Positions 63,868 to 64,000 of a stretch of 64,000 nucleotides of DNA are shown piece by piece. The stretch is taken from NCBI GenBank assembly GCA_038523235.1, contig JBCBJQ010000003.1:32001-96000 (forward strand), read 5' to 3'. This DNA is from Cyanobacteria bacterium J06626_4. GTDB lineage: Bacteria; Cyanobacteriota; Cyanobacteriia; Phormidesmidales; Phormidesmidaceae. Positions within the stretch are counted from its first letter, which is position 1. Each line of letters starts with the position of its first letter. Both the position numbers and the translations under genes were made by a program. Under the pieces are notes generated by a model, which searched no databases, was not told the origin of the DNA, and saw only the letters and a program-made list of their open reading frames with translations.

Positions 63868-64000
63868 CGATTCATGGAACAGAGCGACAAACCATGGCGT
63901 CTTGTCCTAATTCTCAGCTATGGAATTCTCGATCGCAGACATCTGCGGCACCTGGTCAAAAACAGCATGGTTAAGGGAGCCAATTAGCCGCCGCAGACAA

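Noticed and set aside
1..64000. Abundant GCGATCGC octamer
   Set aside because: This is the well-known cyanobacterial HIP1; useful for taxonomy, not novel

Overview
Chromosomal window from a filamentous cyanobacterium (Leptolyngbya/Nodosilinea-like by gene content; the HIP1 octamer GCGATCGC is abundant). It is mostly core genes: hemE, ruvB, ftsE, an RhlE-type DEAD-box helicase, ycf29, two bilin lyases, chlP, ilvD, menA-menC-menE plus a DHNA-CoA thioesterase, lysC, fbaA, cobQ, cobM and an amino-acid ABC pair. It also has two-component modules, two PEP-CTERM proteins, tRNA-His and tRNA-Lys. The most interesting part is the apparently empty 1.7-kb gap at 10.33-12.05 kb, which holds three elements the ORF track misses: (i) a complete minus-strand unit made of a glnA-type glutamine riboswitch, an RBS, a 42-aa hydrophobic ORF that is not gifB/DUF4278-like, and a strong terminator; (ii) a 53-aa ORF with its own RBS and hairpin; (iii) a diverged 107-bp-period tandem duplication. 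Elsewhere there is a Uma2 pseudogene broken by a 25-bp tandem duplication and several MITE/REP-like elements. One of these has a clean 5-bp target duplication, one family is present in two copies, and one may be inserted in frame in menC. There is also an orphan PhnZ-like oxygenase and a probable His-less pseudo-kinase. No CRISPR array, rRNA or transposase was seen. All family assignments come from motif recognition by eye, not from database searches.
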